Positions 1 to 9,163 of a DNA stretch of 64,000 bases are shown here, in pieces (the first letter of the stretch is position 1; the number at the start of each line of letters is the position of its first letter). Source of the stretch: Christensenellales bacterium (GTDB lineage: Bacteria > Bacillota > Clostridia > Christensenellales > UBA3700); assembly GCA_051883455.1 (NCBI GenBank), contig JBJETT010000004.1, forward strand, positions 38,260-102,259, given 5' to 3'. Both the position numbers and the translations under genes were made by a program. The notes under the pieces were generated by a model. The model saw only the letters and a list, made by a program, of their open reading frames with translations. It was not told where the DNA came from and did not search any database.

Positions 1-1541
1 TTAGACGCAGTGATGGCGGTAGGCAAGATATTGTTGAGAGTCAACACTCCGCCTTCTACGCCCATTTGGCTTCTATCGGTAGCAATAGTTTCGTCGTAGG
101 TGGTGTTGGCGAAATTGTTGATATCAATATTTTCTGCAGCGTGAGTGGAGAGCAACGAGAACTTGTTAACGCCACTGTCGTATGCGGCTTGGTCTACTTC
201 TTTGTAGGTAACTTTGTCAAAGCTTGCGATACCTCTAACGTGTGTTGCCGTATCGTTTTCTCCGCCTTGACCTAGCCACAATTCCAGATACAAGTCGTTG
301 TTACGCTTGTCGTTGGCTTGGATGAAGAACGTAACGGTTTGCCAATCGTCCGCGGTATTGATATTGTTGATGACGATATTTCTTTCGTCGGTATCGGTAC
401 CGTTGGTGAGTTTTAGCGTTGCGCCGTTACCGTCGATGATATTGGTGCGAACGTTGACGCTAACAGCATAATACTTGCCTGCAAAGAAACGGGTAGCCAC
501 CGAAGAACGATAGCCGTAAGCCGTTGCTTTTTTGTTGTTGATAACGAGAATATTGTTGCCTTGAGCGCCCTCTGCCGTAGTAAGGGTGTATTGAGCGTCA
601 CCCACCGTTACCGAAGAGGTAGATGCAACGTTAACGATACCTTTTTCGAGATAAGAAGAGGAAGAAGGTGCACTGTTGCCGGAGCCTTTACCTACGTTGC
701 CCGTATATTTAGAAGGGGTTTTGAAGGTAGAGGTAGAGCTGATAGAAGCGTAATCGAACTCTTTATCGCCACCTATCACGCTGTACTTAGCCGTATATTC
801 GTCGGTAGCAAGGCTAGCAAAATCGCTAGCGGTAAACGCCGTTTCGCCCTCTTCAACGTCGGTCAAGTTTTTGAGTACGACGCTATCGAAGAATACGTGA
901 CCTTGGGTGTTGGCGTCGGTAGTCGAACCTGCAGAGAGAAGGAGCGAAATGCTGTTCGTGCTCATGTTGGAGGTTTCGATAACTATCTTATAGTTTTTCC
1001 ATTCGCCGTTGGTGTCGATAGCCTTGAACTCTGCGTAAGCGTCACCCGTAAGGTATACGTATGCGCCCGAAGTTTCGCTAGGGTTTGTCAACAAGGTCTT
1101 GACGCTAAAGGTCAACTCGTAATAAGAATTTTTGTTAAGAGTAACGCTCGCGGAAGTGTACTTATAAGAATTTTTGATTTTGTTATAAATCATCAAAATC
1201 TTATCGTCTTCGCCCGTCTTACCCGGGTTCTCTATCGAACCGTAGGTCTTCTTGTTGCTCTTAAAAGAAGAACTGCTAGTGTCGATGACACCTGCAATGA
1301 CGTTGTCGGAGCCTGCTTGTGCGTTGGAAGCGCCCGTAGAAGACGTCCAAGAGCCGGGAGTAGCAGGATAGGTGTCACCCGTTGTCAGCGTGAAGTCGCC
1401 GTTGGTGAACAGCTGATCTTCGGTAGCAGGGTCGTCAGTGTTGTCGTCTGTGTCCTTGTCACAAGCGATTGCGGTAGCAAGCATAGCTATGCACATAATC
1501 GCAATCAGCAGTGTTAAAAGAAAACGTTTTTTTGTGTTCAT
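1..1541 (-). CDS. Secreted protein or lipoprotein, N-terminal part only; the 3' end runs off the window start
   Basis: ATG at 1541-1539 follows a GGTGG RBS (ccacc 1546-1550 on +). N-terminus is MNTKKRFLLTLLIAIMCIAMLATAIAC(27)DKDTDD, a signal peptide with a Cys. The frame (codons at 3k..3k+2) was spot-checked open to nt 3. Absent from the ORF track because it has no stop in the window. Confidence 0.55.
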   Translation of the reverse strand, partial: MNTKKRFLLTLLIAIMCIAMLATAIACDKDTDDNTDDPATEDQLFTNGDFTLTTGDTYPATPGSWTSSTGASNAQAGSDNVIAGVIDTSSSSFKSNKKTYGSIENPGKTGEDDKILMIYNKIKNSYKYTSASVTLNKNSYYELTFSVKTLLTNPSETSGAYVYLTGDAYAEFKAIDTNGEWKNYKIVIETSNMSTNSISLLLSAGSTTDANTQGHVFFDSVVLKNLTDVEEGETAFTASDFASLATDEYTAKYSVIGGDKEFDYASISSTSTFKTPSKYTGNVGKGSGNSAPSSSSYLEKGIVNVASTSSVTVGDAQYTLTTAEGAQGNNILVINNKKATAYGYRSSVATRFFAGKYYAVSVNVRTNIIDGNGATLKLTNGTDTDERNIVINNINTADDWQTVTFFIQANDKRNNDLYLELWLGQGGENDTATHVRGIASFDKVTYKEVDQAAYDSGVNKFSLLSTHAAENIDINNFANTTYDETIATDRSQMGVEGGVLTLNNILPTAITAS

Positions 1542-1724
1542 TGTACCACCTTATGATATGTTATTGAATATAATTATTATAATCTTAATTATTATAAAGC
1601 AAACTCAATTATATTGCAATAGATTTACCCAAAATTTCTCTTTCCATTTAATGTTTTTTTACTTTGAGGTCAAGCTTAGATAATGATGATTTATAAAAAA
1701 GCAAGTTAGGCACACAATAAGCCT

Positions 1725-2114
1725 ATGGAAAATATGTGGGAGAGTGGACGAATAAGTATCGGCAAAAGGATATTGATAGTACTGGCAAGCCTATTTGCAG
1801 GGTTTGCAACGGGCGTATTCGGCGGTGGCGGCGGCATGATCGTAGTGCCTATTCTCACGGGGTTGTATGGACTTGAGCCAGTCAAGGCACACGCAACGGC
1901 GATTGCCACGATATTTCCGCTATGCCTCGTCAGCGTAATATTCTACTTGACTCAAGGCGGTTGGGAATGGAAGAGCGGATTGGTCGTAACGGCAGGCGTG
2001 GTTGTCGGCGGAATAGTCGGCGCGGTGGCTATGAAGAAGATACCTGCTAAATGGTTACAACCCATATTCTATATTTTAATGATAGTGGGTGGGGTAAAAA
2101 TGGCGCTCGCATAA
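1725..2114 (+). CDS. TSUP (TauE/SafE) family membrane transporter, half-size (about 4 TM) subunit
   Basis: 129 aa, hydrophobic, with the GGGGGMIVVPIL motif typical of TauE/SafE. No clear RBS at 1725, so the start is uncertain. Confidence 0.6.
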   Translation: MENMWESGRISIGKRILIVLASLFAGFATGVFGGGGGMIVVPILTGLYGLEPVKAHATAIATIFPLCLVSVIFYLTQGGWEWKSGLVVTAGVVVGGIVGAVAMKKIPAKWLQPIFYILMIVGGVKMALA

Positions 2115-2154
2115 CGAAAAGGCGTAATAATAGCAACGAGGTAATTTTATAATT

Positions 2155-2544
2155 ATGCAATATTTATGGTATATAAGCGCAGGTCTTATCGGAGGTATTA
2201 TAGGCGGAATGGGTATGGGTGGCGGTACTTTGCTGATACCTATTTTGACGATTTTTCTCGGGGTGCAACAAGTCGAGGCGCAGCTTACCAATCTAATATC
2301 GTTTTTACCAATGGCAATAGTGGCGGTAATAATACACGCCAAAAATAAACGTATAGATTTCAAAGCAATGTTATGCGTTAGTGTGCCTGCATTGATAACG
2401 GCATGCGTCGGCGCGTTCTTTGCTCCGAGAATAAAGGGCGAGCTGCTTTCCAAAGGCTTCGGTATATTTTTGACTTTGCTTGGTGTGGCGATGCTTGTCA
2501 AAATTATAATTCAAAAAATCAAAACAAAACGAAAAGCAAGATAA
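2155..2544 (+). CDS. TSUP (TauE/SafE) family membrane transporter, second half-size subunit
   Basis: 129 aa with GMGGGTLLIPIL motif. Lies 40 nt downstream of the first half and is the same length. Confidence 0.6.
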   Translation: MQYLWYISAGLIGGIIGGMGMGGGTLLIPILTIFLGVQQVEAQLTNLISFLPMAIVAVIIHAKNKRIDFKAMLCVSVPALITACVGAFFAPRIKGELLSKGFGIFLTLLGVAMLVKIIIQKIKTKRKAR

Positions 2545-2683
2545 ATCGCACATATTTCAATATGCCGATATGCTGATATGCGTATGTATTTTTATACAAA
2601 TTGTCGTATGGTTATACAATCATACGACGATATATTTTTCATATTTTTATCACGATAAGAATAGGCATAAATAAGGTGAAAAA

Positions 2684-2929
2684 ATGGAAAAAGATAAAAT
2701 TCTAAACGTTGCCAGATACATAGCAATGACGGGGTGTACGGTAAGAAGTGCGTCCAAAATATTCGGCATTAGCAAGAGCACCATCCACAACGATATGACC
2801 AAAAAACTAGTCTATATAGACGCGGGACTATATCGGAGGGTAAAGAGTGTGTTGGACTTTAATATGTCGGTGAGACATTTGAGGGGAGGAGAGAGCACGA
2901 AGAAACTCTACCAAAAGAACAAAACCTAG
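2684..2929 (+). CDS. spoIIID: Stage III sporulation protein D, mother-cell transcription factor
   Basis: 81 aa. HTH segment ...VRSASKIFGISKSTIHNDMTKKL... and SVRHLRGGESTK match the B. subtilis SpoIIID pattern. RBS AAGGTGA lies upstream. Confidence 0.85.
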   Translation: MEKDKILNVARYIAMTGCTVRSASKIFGISKSTIHNDMTKKLVYIDAGLYRRVKSVLDFNMSVRHLRGGESTKKLYQKNKT

Positions 2930-3666
2930 TTGCCATTAGGTTTGGCTTTGTCCCAAAGGCTATTTCTTTCGGGGTTGAAGATAGCCGACATAATATGCTT
3001 TTTGGAGTCTACGAATTGTTCGTCAAGGGTTCGAATTAGTTGTTTGACGTCCTCTCTTTTGGTATGCTTGTCCCTAGGACAAGGGTTAAAAATTACAGGC
3101 AAGCCTAGTCTTTTTGCCGTCCAGTTGATTTGCTTTTCTTCGATATAGACGAGGGGGCGAATGAGGGTGATTTTGCTCTTGTCCATGTAGCTTATAGGCA
3201 TAAAGGTCGAAAATCTACCTTCGTACAATAGAGAGAGCATCATAGTTTCAATCACGTCGTCTGCGTGGTGACCTAGCGCGAGCTTGTTGCAACCGTGGTC
3301 GATAGCCACGTTGTTGAGAGCGCCTCTACGCATCTTAGAGCAGAGAGAACAAGGGCTTTTTTCCTTTCTTTCGTCAAAGATGATGGCGGCAATATCGGTC
3401 TTTTCTATTATTAGCGGAACGCCTACGCTCTCGCAAAAGTCCTTGGTTGCCTGCACTTGATTTTTGTCGATATCTTCGAAGCCCATATCTATATTGATAG
3501 CCACGAGGTCAAACTTTTCGGGTGCGAATTTTTTGTATGCGGCAAGCACGGCAAGTAGAGTAATACTGTCTTTACCGCCCGAAAGTCCAACGGCAATTTT
3601 GTCGCCGTCCTCAATCATTTTGTAGTCGCTTATGGCTTTTCTTGCTAGGCTCAATAGTTTTTGCAT
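2926..3666 (-). CDS. PP-loop ATPase, TtcA-like tRNA 2-thiocytidine biosynthesis family
   Basis: SGGKDS PP-loop, CSLCSKMRRG and NPCP Cys motifs. Start trimmed to ATG 3666 (MQKLLSLARK); the track start at 3792 would overlap the divergent gene. Confidence 0.75.
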   Translation of the reverse strand: MQKLLSLARKAISDYKMIEDGDKIAVGLSGGKDSITLLAVLAAYKKFAPEKFDLVAINIDMGFEDIDKNQVQATKDFCESVGVPLIIEKTDIAAIIFDERKEKSPCSLCSKMRRGALNNVAIDHGCNKLALGHHADDVIETMMLSLLYEGRFSTFMPISYMDKSKITLIRPLVYIEEKQINWTAKRLGLPVIFNPCPRDKHTKREDVKQLIRTLDEQFVDSKKHIMSAIFNPERNSLWDKAKPNGN

Positions 3667-3760
3667 AAGTTGATTATATAAGTTTTGTTTTCCAAAAGCA
3701 AATGTTTGTTGACTAAAAGCTGAATAATATATATAATAAGATTGATATAGGAGAAGTATT

Positions 3761-4423
3761 TTGATAGATTCTATTATTGAGTTTTTTCGCAACGTGCTAC
3801 CGAGCGACTATCTTACGATAATCATCATATCTATGATACCGCTTATCGAGGTGAGAGGAGCAATTCCAGTAGCCGTAGCGATGGACATGAATATTTTTCA
3901 AGCATTTGCATGCGCCTTTTTGGGCTCGTCGCTCGTTGCGCCTATACTTTTGCTTATTTTGCAACCTATACTTAAGTGGATGAAAAATACCAAGGCTTTT
4001 AGGTCTTTGGCTCACGCCGTCGAAGGCGTTTTTCAGAGCAAGGTCAACGCCGTGCAAGACAAAGCCGACAAGGCTTTTGACCCCAAGATTATCGAACGCA
4101 AGAAGCTTTTGGGCGTCTTTGCCTTCGTAGCGATACCTATACCGATGACGGGGGTTTGGACGGGTAGTGCGGTGGCTTCCTTTATGGGGCTTGGCTTTGT
4201 CAAGTCGATGCTAATGGTGATTTTAGGCAATATAGTAGCTTCATCTATCATCACGCTTTTGTCTTATTTTCTCAGTAGCTACATTGATTATATCATATAC
4301 GGACTTATGGCAATCGTACTCGTTGCGCTCGTCGCTTATATCGTCAAGCTCGTCGTGTCGATGCGACGTTCTAAGTCGCAATCCGACGACGATGATACCA
4401 CAAACTCGGAGCGTAAGCAATAG
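3761..4423 (+). CDS. Small multidrug-export-like (COG2426-type) membrane protein
   Basis: 220 aa. N-terminal IPLIEVRGAIPVA motif and a C-terminal TM bundle. TTG start after a GGAG RBS. Confidence 0.5.
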   Translation: MIDSIIEFFRNVLPSDYLTIIIISMIPLIEVRGAIPVAVAMDMNIFQAFACAFLGSSLVAPILLLILQPILKWMKNTKAFRSLAHAVEGVFQSKVNAVQDKADKAFDPKIIERKKLLGVFAFVAIPIPMTGVWTGSAVASFMGLGFVKSMLMVILGNIVASSIITLLSYFLSSYIDYIIYGLMAIVLVALVAYIVKLVVSMRRSKSQSDDDDTTNSERKQ

Positions 4424-4538
4424 TAGGACTAATCTCTAGCTAGAAGCATTTGAGTTTTTTTTTGATGTAATTTTACTTGATTTTTACTTTGGAGTATATT
4501 ATTATTAAGTTACGACAAACGTCAATAAAGGAGAAATT

Positions 4539-5504
4539 ATGAAAAAGTACGTTTCAATTTTAGCAATCATTATCATTGCCGTAATTATGGGTACTATGTT
4601 TATGGGATGTCAAGGTGATCCTGACGAAGTAGAGATTACCCCATTTACCCCAAGCGAAATGACTATGGGTACTTCTAAGCCTACCGCAGCACCGGTTACG
4701 GCTATTACGGAGAATAGCACTGCAACCGAGATGTTCTATGCCGCAATAGACAACTTCTACGGCGCTGACTACGTAGCTACCTACCTCAAGGGTAACGTAG
4801 AGACTACTATTTTGGGAGGTCTCAAAGTCAACCAACTCGTTGTCGGCAACAAGGTTAGACAAGGCAAGGGTAACGCCGCAGGTACCAAATATTTCGTAGA
4901 AAACAAGTCTTACAGTAGTGTCGCTAAAGTATACGAAGAGACTTATGTGGACGCAAATGGTAAAGCATTTATTCGTTCTGCAGACAACATCAAGTACAGC
5001 GAAAAGAAAGATACCGCAGGGCTTGGTAATGCAGGTTGGACCAGAACTTTCAAGGCTGCTGAGAAATTTGACAACGTTGCAGCACTCGTAGCCGCTAAGG
5101 TCAACGACCCAACCAAGATTTGGATGTACGATACCGACGTAGAGGGTGCAATTGCACAAATTACTAAGGTAGAAAAGGTAGAAGGAAAAGACCAATACAA
5201 GTTCTCTATCATCTTCGATCTTGACAAAGTAACTCAAAACTACAAGGCAGTTATGGAATACATGCTTAGTCAATCTGCTCCTGCAGACGGACTTACCTTC
5301 CTTGGACTCAAGTTCGACGTAGTAGTATGGGACAACGGCTATTTGGCTGACATATACATAACCGAACAATACAAAATGAGTATCGCAAAAGTAATCGACA
5401 GTGCGGTAGAGCTCAAATCCAGACAACAATATTCTTACAACCCTGCCGAAGCTGGTTACACCATGGCAGAAAAGGATACTTACTGCGCTGCTTGGGCAAA
5501 ATAA
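4539..5504 (+). CDS. Hypothetical lipoprotein
   Basis: MKKYVSILAIIIIAVIMGTMFMGC(24)QG signal peptide with lipobox Cys. RBS AAAGGAG. No recognised domain. Confidence 0.6.
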   Translation: MKKYVSILAIIIIAVIMGTMFMGCQGDPDEVEITPFTPSEMTMGTSKPTAAPVTAITENSTATEMFYAAIDNFYGADYVATYLKGNVETTILGGLKVNQLVVGNKVRQGKGNAAGTKYFVENKSYSSVAKVYEETYVDANGKAFIRSADNIKYSEKKDTAGLGNAGWTRTFKAAEKFDNVAALVAAKVNDPTKIWMYDTDVEGAIAQITKVEKVEGKDQYKFSIIFDLDKVTQNYKAVMEYMLSQSAPADGLTFLGLKFDVVVWDNGYLADIYITEQYKMSIAKVIDSAVELKSRQQYSYNPAEAGYTMAEKDTYCAAWAK

Positions 5505-5526
5505 GTTTCTAACGACTTAGCTAATT

Positions 5527-5554
5527 CCCCGACGACAAGTCGGGGATTTTTTTT
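5527..5554 (+). terminator. Rho-independent terminator
   Basis: CCCCGAC-gacaa-GTCGGGG followed by a T8 run. Confidence 0.8.
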
Positions 5555-5683
5555 GCTTAATTACTTGACTGATTTGGGTAAAGTCGCTTTAGAATGTCAA
5601 GGATTGTAATAGCTTGGCTATGTTTTTTTTGTTTTGCGCGCAAGACGCAACTAGTCACGACCCGTCAAAAATCAAAAAAGTAC

Positions 5684-5712
5684 TTGAAACAATACCGATA
5701 ATATATTATAAT
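5684..5712 (+). promoter_or_regulatory. Sigma-A-type promoter placed for a leaderless transcript
   Basis: TTGAAA(5684-5689)-17 nt-TATAAT(5707-5712). The ATG at 5720 is 7 nt after the -10 box, with no SD between. Confidence 0.5.
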
Positions 5713-5719
5713 ATATAAT

Positions 5720-6661
5720 ATGGAACTGACTAAGAGCAAAAAGTTTTCGATAATAGGGCATTCTATCGCATTGGTCGTAGGCGTTGCGCTTATGATTATA
5801 GCGTCGTTTTACGACCTCAAAATCTCGCAAGCGGTGGGGGATCAACGCTCCTTTTTCGGACAACTATTTGCCGTGATAGCCGAGTATCCCGCATATTTTG
5901 CCGTTCCGATAGCCGGCGTGATAATATTCTACAATTACGATTTGTTTGACGACAAAAAGGCAAAAATCGGAATAATGATTGCAGGCGCGTTGGTTATTTG
6001 GCTAGGTTGGCTTATGTTTGGGCTCAACGCCCAAAAGATGACGGAGCTCGCCGTCGTACCTGCAGAGCAAGAGCACAACGTATTGTGGGCGATTTTCAAG
6101 GCGTTTTTCTACGGTGCGTTTACATTAGGCATAGGTTACTTTTTGCCTAGAGATACCATGCATAGACTGCTCAAGTTTGCGGTATTTACCTTGGTTTTCG
6201 TCATAGTGGCTTTGGTTGTTATGCGTGTCATGAAGACGTTGTGGTGCCGTATGAGATACCGCGATATGCTCAAAGAGGGTAATTTCGATGGCTTTAGCAA
6301 CTGGTGGCAACTGATGATAGGTAGAGAAAAGCTCGACCCGTCTTACAAATACACCTCTTTCCCTTCCGGACACTCGTCAAGCATAACGCATCTGTGTCTG
6401 TTGTGGGTATTGTGCGATATTTTACCTTCGCTCAAGAGTCGTAAGTGGGTCAAACCTACTGTGTACGCCGTCAGCATAATTCTCATAGGCTTGACTATGT
6501 ATTCCAGGATAGTCAACTGCGCGCATTTCTTGTCCGACACGGTAGCGGGCGTATATATCACTTACGCTATATTCTTCATACTCAAAAAGGTGTTTTTCGC
6601 TAAGGACAAGTACACATACGCAATCAGCGATAGGGCTCTATCTCAAGAGGAAGCTAAATGA
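5720..6661 (+). CDS. PAP2-superfamily membrane phosphatase
   Basis: SFPSGHSS (C2) and SRIVNCAHFLSD (C3) acid-phosphatase motifs; multi-TM N-terminus. Confidence 0.75.
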   Translation: MELTKSKKFSIIGHSIALVVGVALMIIASFYDLKISQAVGDQRSFFGQLFAVIAEYPAYFAVPIAGVIIFYNYDLFDDKKAKIGIMIAGALVIWLGWLMFGLNAQKMTELAVVPAEQEHNVLWAIFKAFFYGAFTLGIGYFLPRDTMHRLLKFAVFTLVFVIVALVVMRVMKTLWCRMRYRDMLKEGNFDGFSNWWQLMIGREKLDPSYKYTSFPSGHSSSITHLCLLWVLCDILPSLKSRKWVKPTVYAVSIILIGLTMYSRIVNCAHFLSDTVAGVYITYAIFFILKKVFFAKDKYTYAISDRALSQEEAK

Positions 6662-7539
6662 AAGAAGCAATAAGACAAGCGATTTGGAGCGTGACGATAG
6701 CTATTATTTTGCTAGCCATGCTCGTCATAGGTTCGTTCAAAGATTTGGCAATAGCCGAGGCTATTTGTCTACCCGGCAACACTTTTAGCGTGTTGACGGA
6801 TTCTATTGCCAAGCTTCCCGCGTTTTTGATAATGATGGCTGCTTGCGGGATACTTCTCAAGTGTGCCTACAACAAAGAGTGCAACATTGTACTCAAAAGG
6901 TTGTATATAATTGCCTATTTTATTTTGGGCGTGGTGTCGGCAACGTTTGCATTTATCGACTGTTTTCAACTTATTTTTGCCAAGAGAGCATATTATATTT
7001 CCGTTTCGCTCGTGTGCGGAGTTTTCGTATTTTTACTATTTCTCAACGATTTGTCCAAGCATAGAAGACAAGAGTACGATAGGTATAAGAAGTGGGCTAT
7101 CACGGCTTGCATAATAGTGGGCGTAGTGGCTGCCGTCTCTTACGGTATGAAGATAATATGGAAGAGGGCGTCTTATATCGACGTCACTCAGCAAGGCGCG
7201 CAATATAGTCCTTGGTACAAGATTGTCAACGTTGACGGCGGTTGGGCAATGCCCGACAACAAGACGGCGCTAGCTTTCACGACGTGGGCGCTAATGACTT
7301 TGACCAAAATTCACCCTCGACTTGCCAACAAGGTAGGTTGGATGCAAGTGGCAATCAACTTTTTTATCGTATTGGTCATCATCGGCTCGCTCTTTTCGGG
7401 CAAATATTTCTTGTCCGACGTAGCAATCGGCGGTATTATCGGATACGCTACCACCAAGACTGCCAAGGTATTGGCGTTTGGCGCGGAGGAAGATAGGACG
7501 GATTTGTCCGAAAATAACTTGTTGGGTAGGATACTATGA
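6658..7539 (+). CDS. PAP2-like membrane protein with degenerate catalytic motifs
   Basis: Same topology as the upstream gene. C2 is MPDNKT instead of PSGH, and C3 is ...GKYFLSD, so the His of HFLSD is replaced by Tyr. The start overlaps the upstream stop (ATGA). Confidence 0.55.
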   Translation: MKEAIRQAIWSVTIAIILLAMLVIGSFKDLAIAEAICLPGNTFSVLTDSIAKLPAFLIMMAACGILLKCAYNKECNIVLKRLYIIAYFILGVVSATFAFIDCFQLIFAKRAYYISVSLVCGVFVFLLFLNDLSKHRRQEYDRYKKWAITACIIVGVVAAVSYGMKIIWKRASYIDVTQQGAQYSPWYKIVNVDGGWAMPDNKTALAFTTWALMTLTKIHPRLANKVGWMQVAINFFIVLVIIGSLFSGKYFLSDVAIGGIIGYATTKTAKVLAFGAEEDRTDLSENNLLGRIL

Positions 7540-9155
7540 GCGTCGATTTCAATCAATCTATGTTTTCTTACTACAAGGCGTGTACGGCACACAATCCTGC
7601 TACCGACAAGGTGTGGCAATTTTGGGGTGCAAGCACTACCCGTGCCAAGTTTATAAGGGACGTAGAAAATTTTGCGGGATATCTTATTAACCTCGGGGTC
7701 GGTAAGGGTGACAACGTGGTACTTTGCCTCAGCAATATCCCCAACGCGTTGGTATGTTTTTACGCTATCAATAGGGCGGGGGCTATAGCCAATCTCGTTC
7801 ATCCCGTAATTCCTAGCGAAAAGTTGCAGGCCATGGACGAGGAGATGTCGCCCAAAGCGTATATTCTTTTCGACGAGTTCTTTTACAAATACAAGGATTG
7901 GATTGAAGCTACGGGCAAACCAATAATTTTGTGCTCTGCGCAAGACTATTTGCCTATGGCGTTCAAGCCTTTTTACAACGCCTACGTTGCCAAGAAGTTG
8001 AGCACCAACAATTCTTCCAACGTGGTGAGATACAGAGATATTGGCAAATATACCGCACCTACTGTAGCCGTTGACGGCGAGGACGTGGCGGTGTATATGC
8101 ACAGTGGCGGTACGTGTGGCAAAGCCAAGACGGTGATGATGAGCAATAGAGCGCTCAACAACCTCACCGACAATATCCTTGACGCAATCGACCATAGATA
8201 CAGTAACAAGGACGCCATGCTTATGGCGTTGCCGATATTCCATACATACGGGCTTGGCGTATGTCTGCATTCTATGATATGTGCCGGCATACGCATCATA
8301 CTTATGCCTAAGTTTAAGGCGGACACGGCGTGTTATCTTATCAAGAGATACGGCATAACCTTTGTGGCGGGCGTGCCTTATATGTATTCCAAGATGCTTG
8401 CCTCGGGCAAGTTCAAGGGCAAAATGCTCACCAAAATTCGCGCTTGCTATTGCGGAGGAGATAAGGTGTCGGAAAACACCAAACAGCTCTTCAAGCAAGC
8501 TATGGAGAAACAAGGCAACAATATATTACTCAGCGAGGGCTACGGACTGACGGAAGCGTGCGTATGTTGCATCAACACTATGAAGGTGTACAAGCCCAAC
8601 TCAATCGGTAGACCCGTCAAGAGCATGACCTTTGCCATAATTGACGAACAAGGCAACTTTTTACCGCCAAAGAGCAAGGGCGAGATAGTCATATCGGGTC
8701 CTACGCTGATGAAGGGCTATTATCACAGCGAGGATGATAGAGAGGCGTTCTTTGAGGACGACAAGCACGTCAAGTGGCTGAGGAGCGGTGACGTGGGATA
8801 TATCGACGAGGACGGCAACGTATTCTTTACCGACCGTATCAAGAGACTTGTCAAGATATCGGGCGTCAACGTCTTTCCGCAAGAGATTGAGAACGTCGTC
8901 GACAACCTCGATTGCGTCAAAATTAGTTGCGTAGTCGAGACGACCATCAACGGCAAGAGCGCGACCAAGCTATACGTCGTCAAGGACAAGTCCACCTTGC
9001 TTGGCGAGCAAGAAATACAAGAAAAAATCAGACAAGCTATAGCACAAAACTTTATGAGGCACAGTATGCCAGGCATTATAGAATTTATTGACGAATTGCC
9101 AAGGACGCCTATTGGAAAAGTGGATTTTGTGGCGTTGCAACAGATGAGTAGGTAG
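7536..9155 (+). CDS. Adenylate-forming (AMP-dependent synthetase/ligase) enzyme
   Basis: YMHSGGTCGKAKTV AMP-binding motif, GYGLTE, and a C-terminal PRTPIGKVD motif. Start overlaps the upstream stop. Confidence 0.8.
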   Translation: MSVDFNQSMFSYYKACTAHNPATDKVWQFWGASTTRAKFIRDVENFAGYLINLGVGKGDNVVLCLSNIPNALVCFYAINRAGAIANLVHPVIPSEKLQAMDEEMSPKAYILFDEFFYKYKDWIEATGKPIILCSAQDYLPMAFKPFYNAYVAKKLSTNNSSNVVRYRDIGKYTAPTVAVDGEDVAVYMHSGGTCGKAKTVMMSNRALNNLTDNILDAIDHRYSNKDAMLMALPIFHTYGLGVCLHSMICAGIRIILMPKFKADTACYLIKRYGITFVAGVPYMYSKMLASGKFKGKMLTKIRACYCGGDKVSENTKQLFKQAMEKQGNNILLSEGYGLTEACVCCINTMKVYKPNSIGRPVKSMTFAIIDEQGNFLPPKSKGEIVISGPTLMKGYYHSEDDREAFFEDDKHVKWLRSGDVGYIDEDGNVFFTDRIKRLVKISGVNVFPQEIENVVDNLDCVKISCVVETTINGKSATKLYVVKDKSTLLGEQEIQEKIRQAIAQNFMRHSMPGIIEFIDELPRTPIGKVDFVALQQMSR

Positions 9156-9163
9156 GAGGAAAA

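Noticed and set aside
561-1517. 318-aa plus-strand ORF from the track
   Set aside because: It is Arg/Cys/Val-rich with no RBS, and it is exactly in phase and antisense to the minus-strand secreted-protein gene, which has a clear signal peptide and RBS. It is a codon-bias shadow ORF.
2603-2628. GTCGTATG-N10-CATACGAC inverted repeat upstream of spoIIID, containing TATACAAT, as a sigma-E promoter or SpoIIID autoregulatory site
   Set aside because: The -10-like TATACAAT is plausible, but the -35 region (TTATACA) fits poorly. I cannot distinguish a promoter, an operator and a fortuitous hairpin from sequence alone.
3667-3792. N-terminal extensions of track ORFs, here the TtcA-like gene. The same applies at 11789-11956 (spoVG), 17658-17708 (thrC), 25967-25999 (hprK), 37142-37159 (rnj), 45568-45597, 49090-49101 (spoIVA), 52518-52628 (trpB2) and 60719-60754 (aroC)
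   Set aside because: The extensions lack RBSs, overlap promoters, terminators or neighbouring genes, and add residues absent from the known family N-termini. Internal ATGs with GGAG-type RBSs were used instead.
7311-8513. 400-aa minus-strand ORF, and similar long antisense ORFs at 4560-5429, 16882-17370, 18690-19190, 19557-20246, 44208-45380, 45610-46473, 47326-47862, 48409-48993, 55057-55833
   Set aside because: All are in the same triplet phase as confidently identified sense genes (AMP-ligase, prfA, thrC, trpS, der, and others). They arise because the sense genes avoid TTA/CTA/TCA. They have no RBSs and non-protein-like composition.
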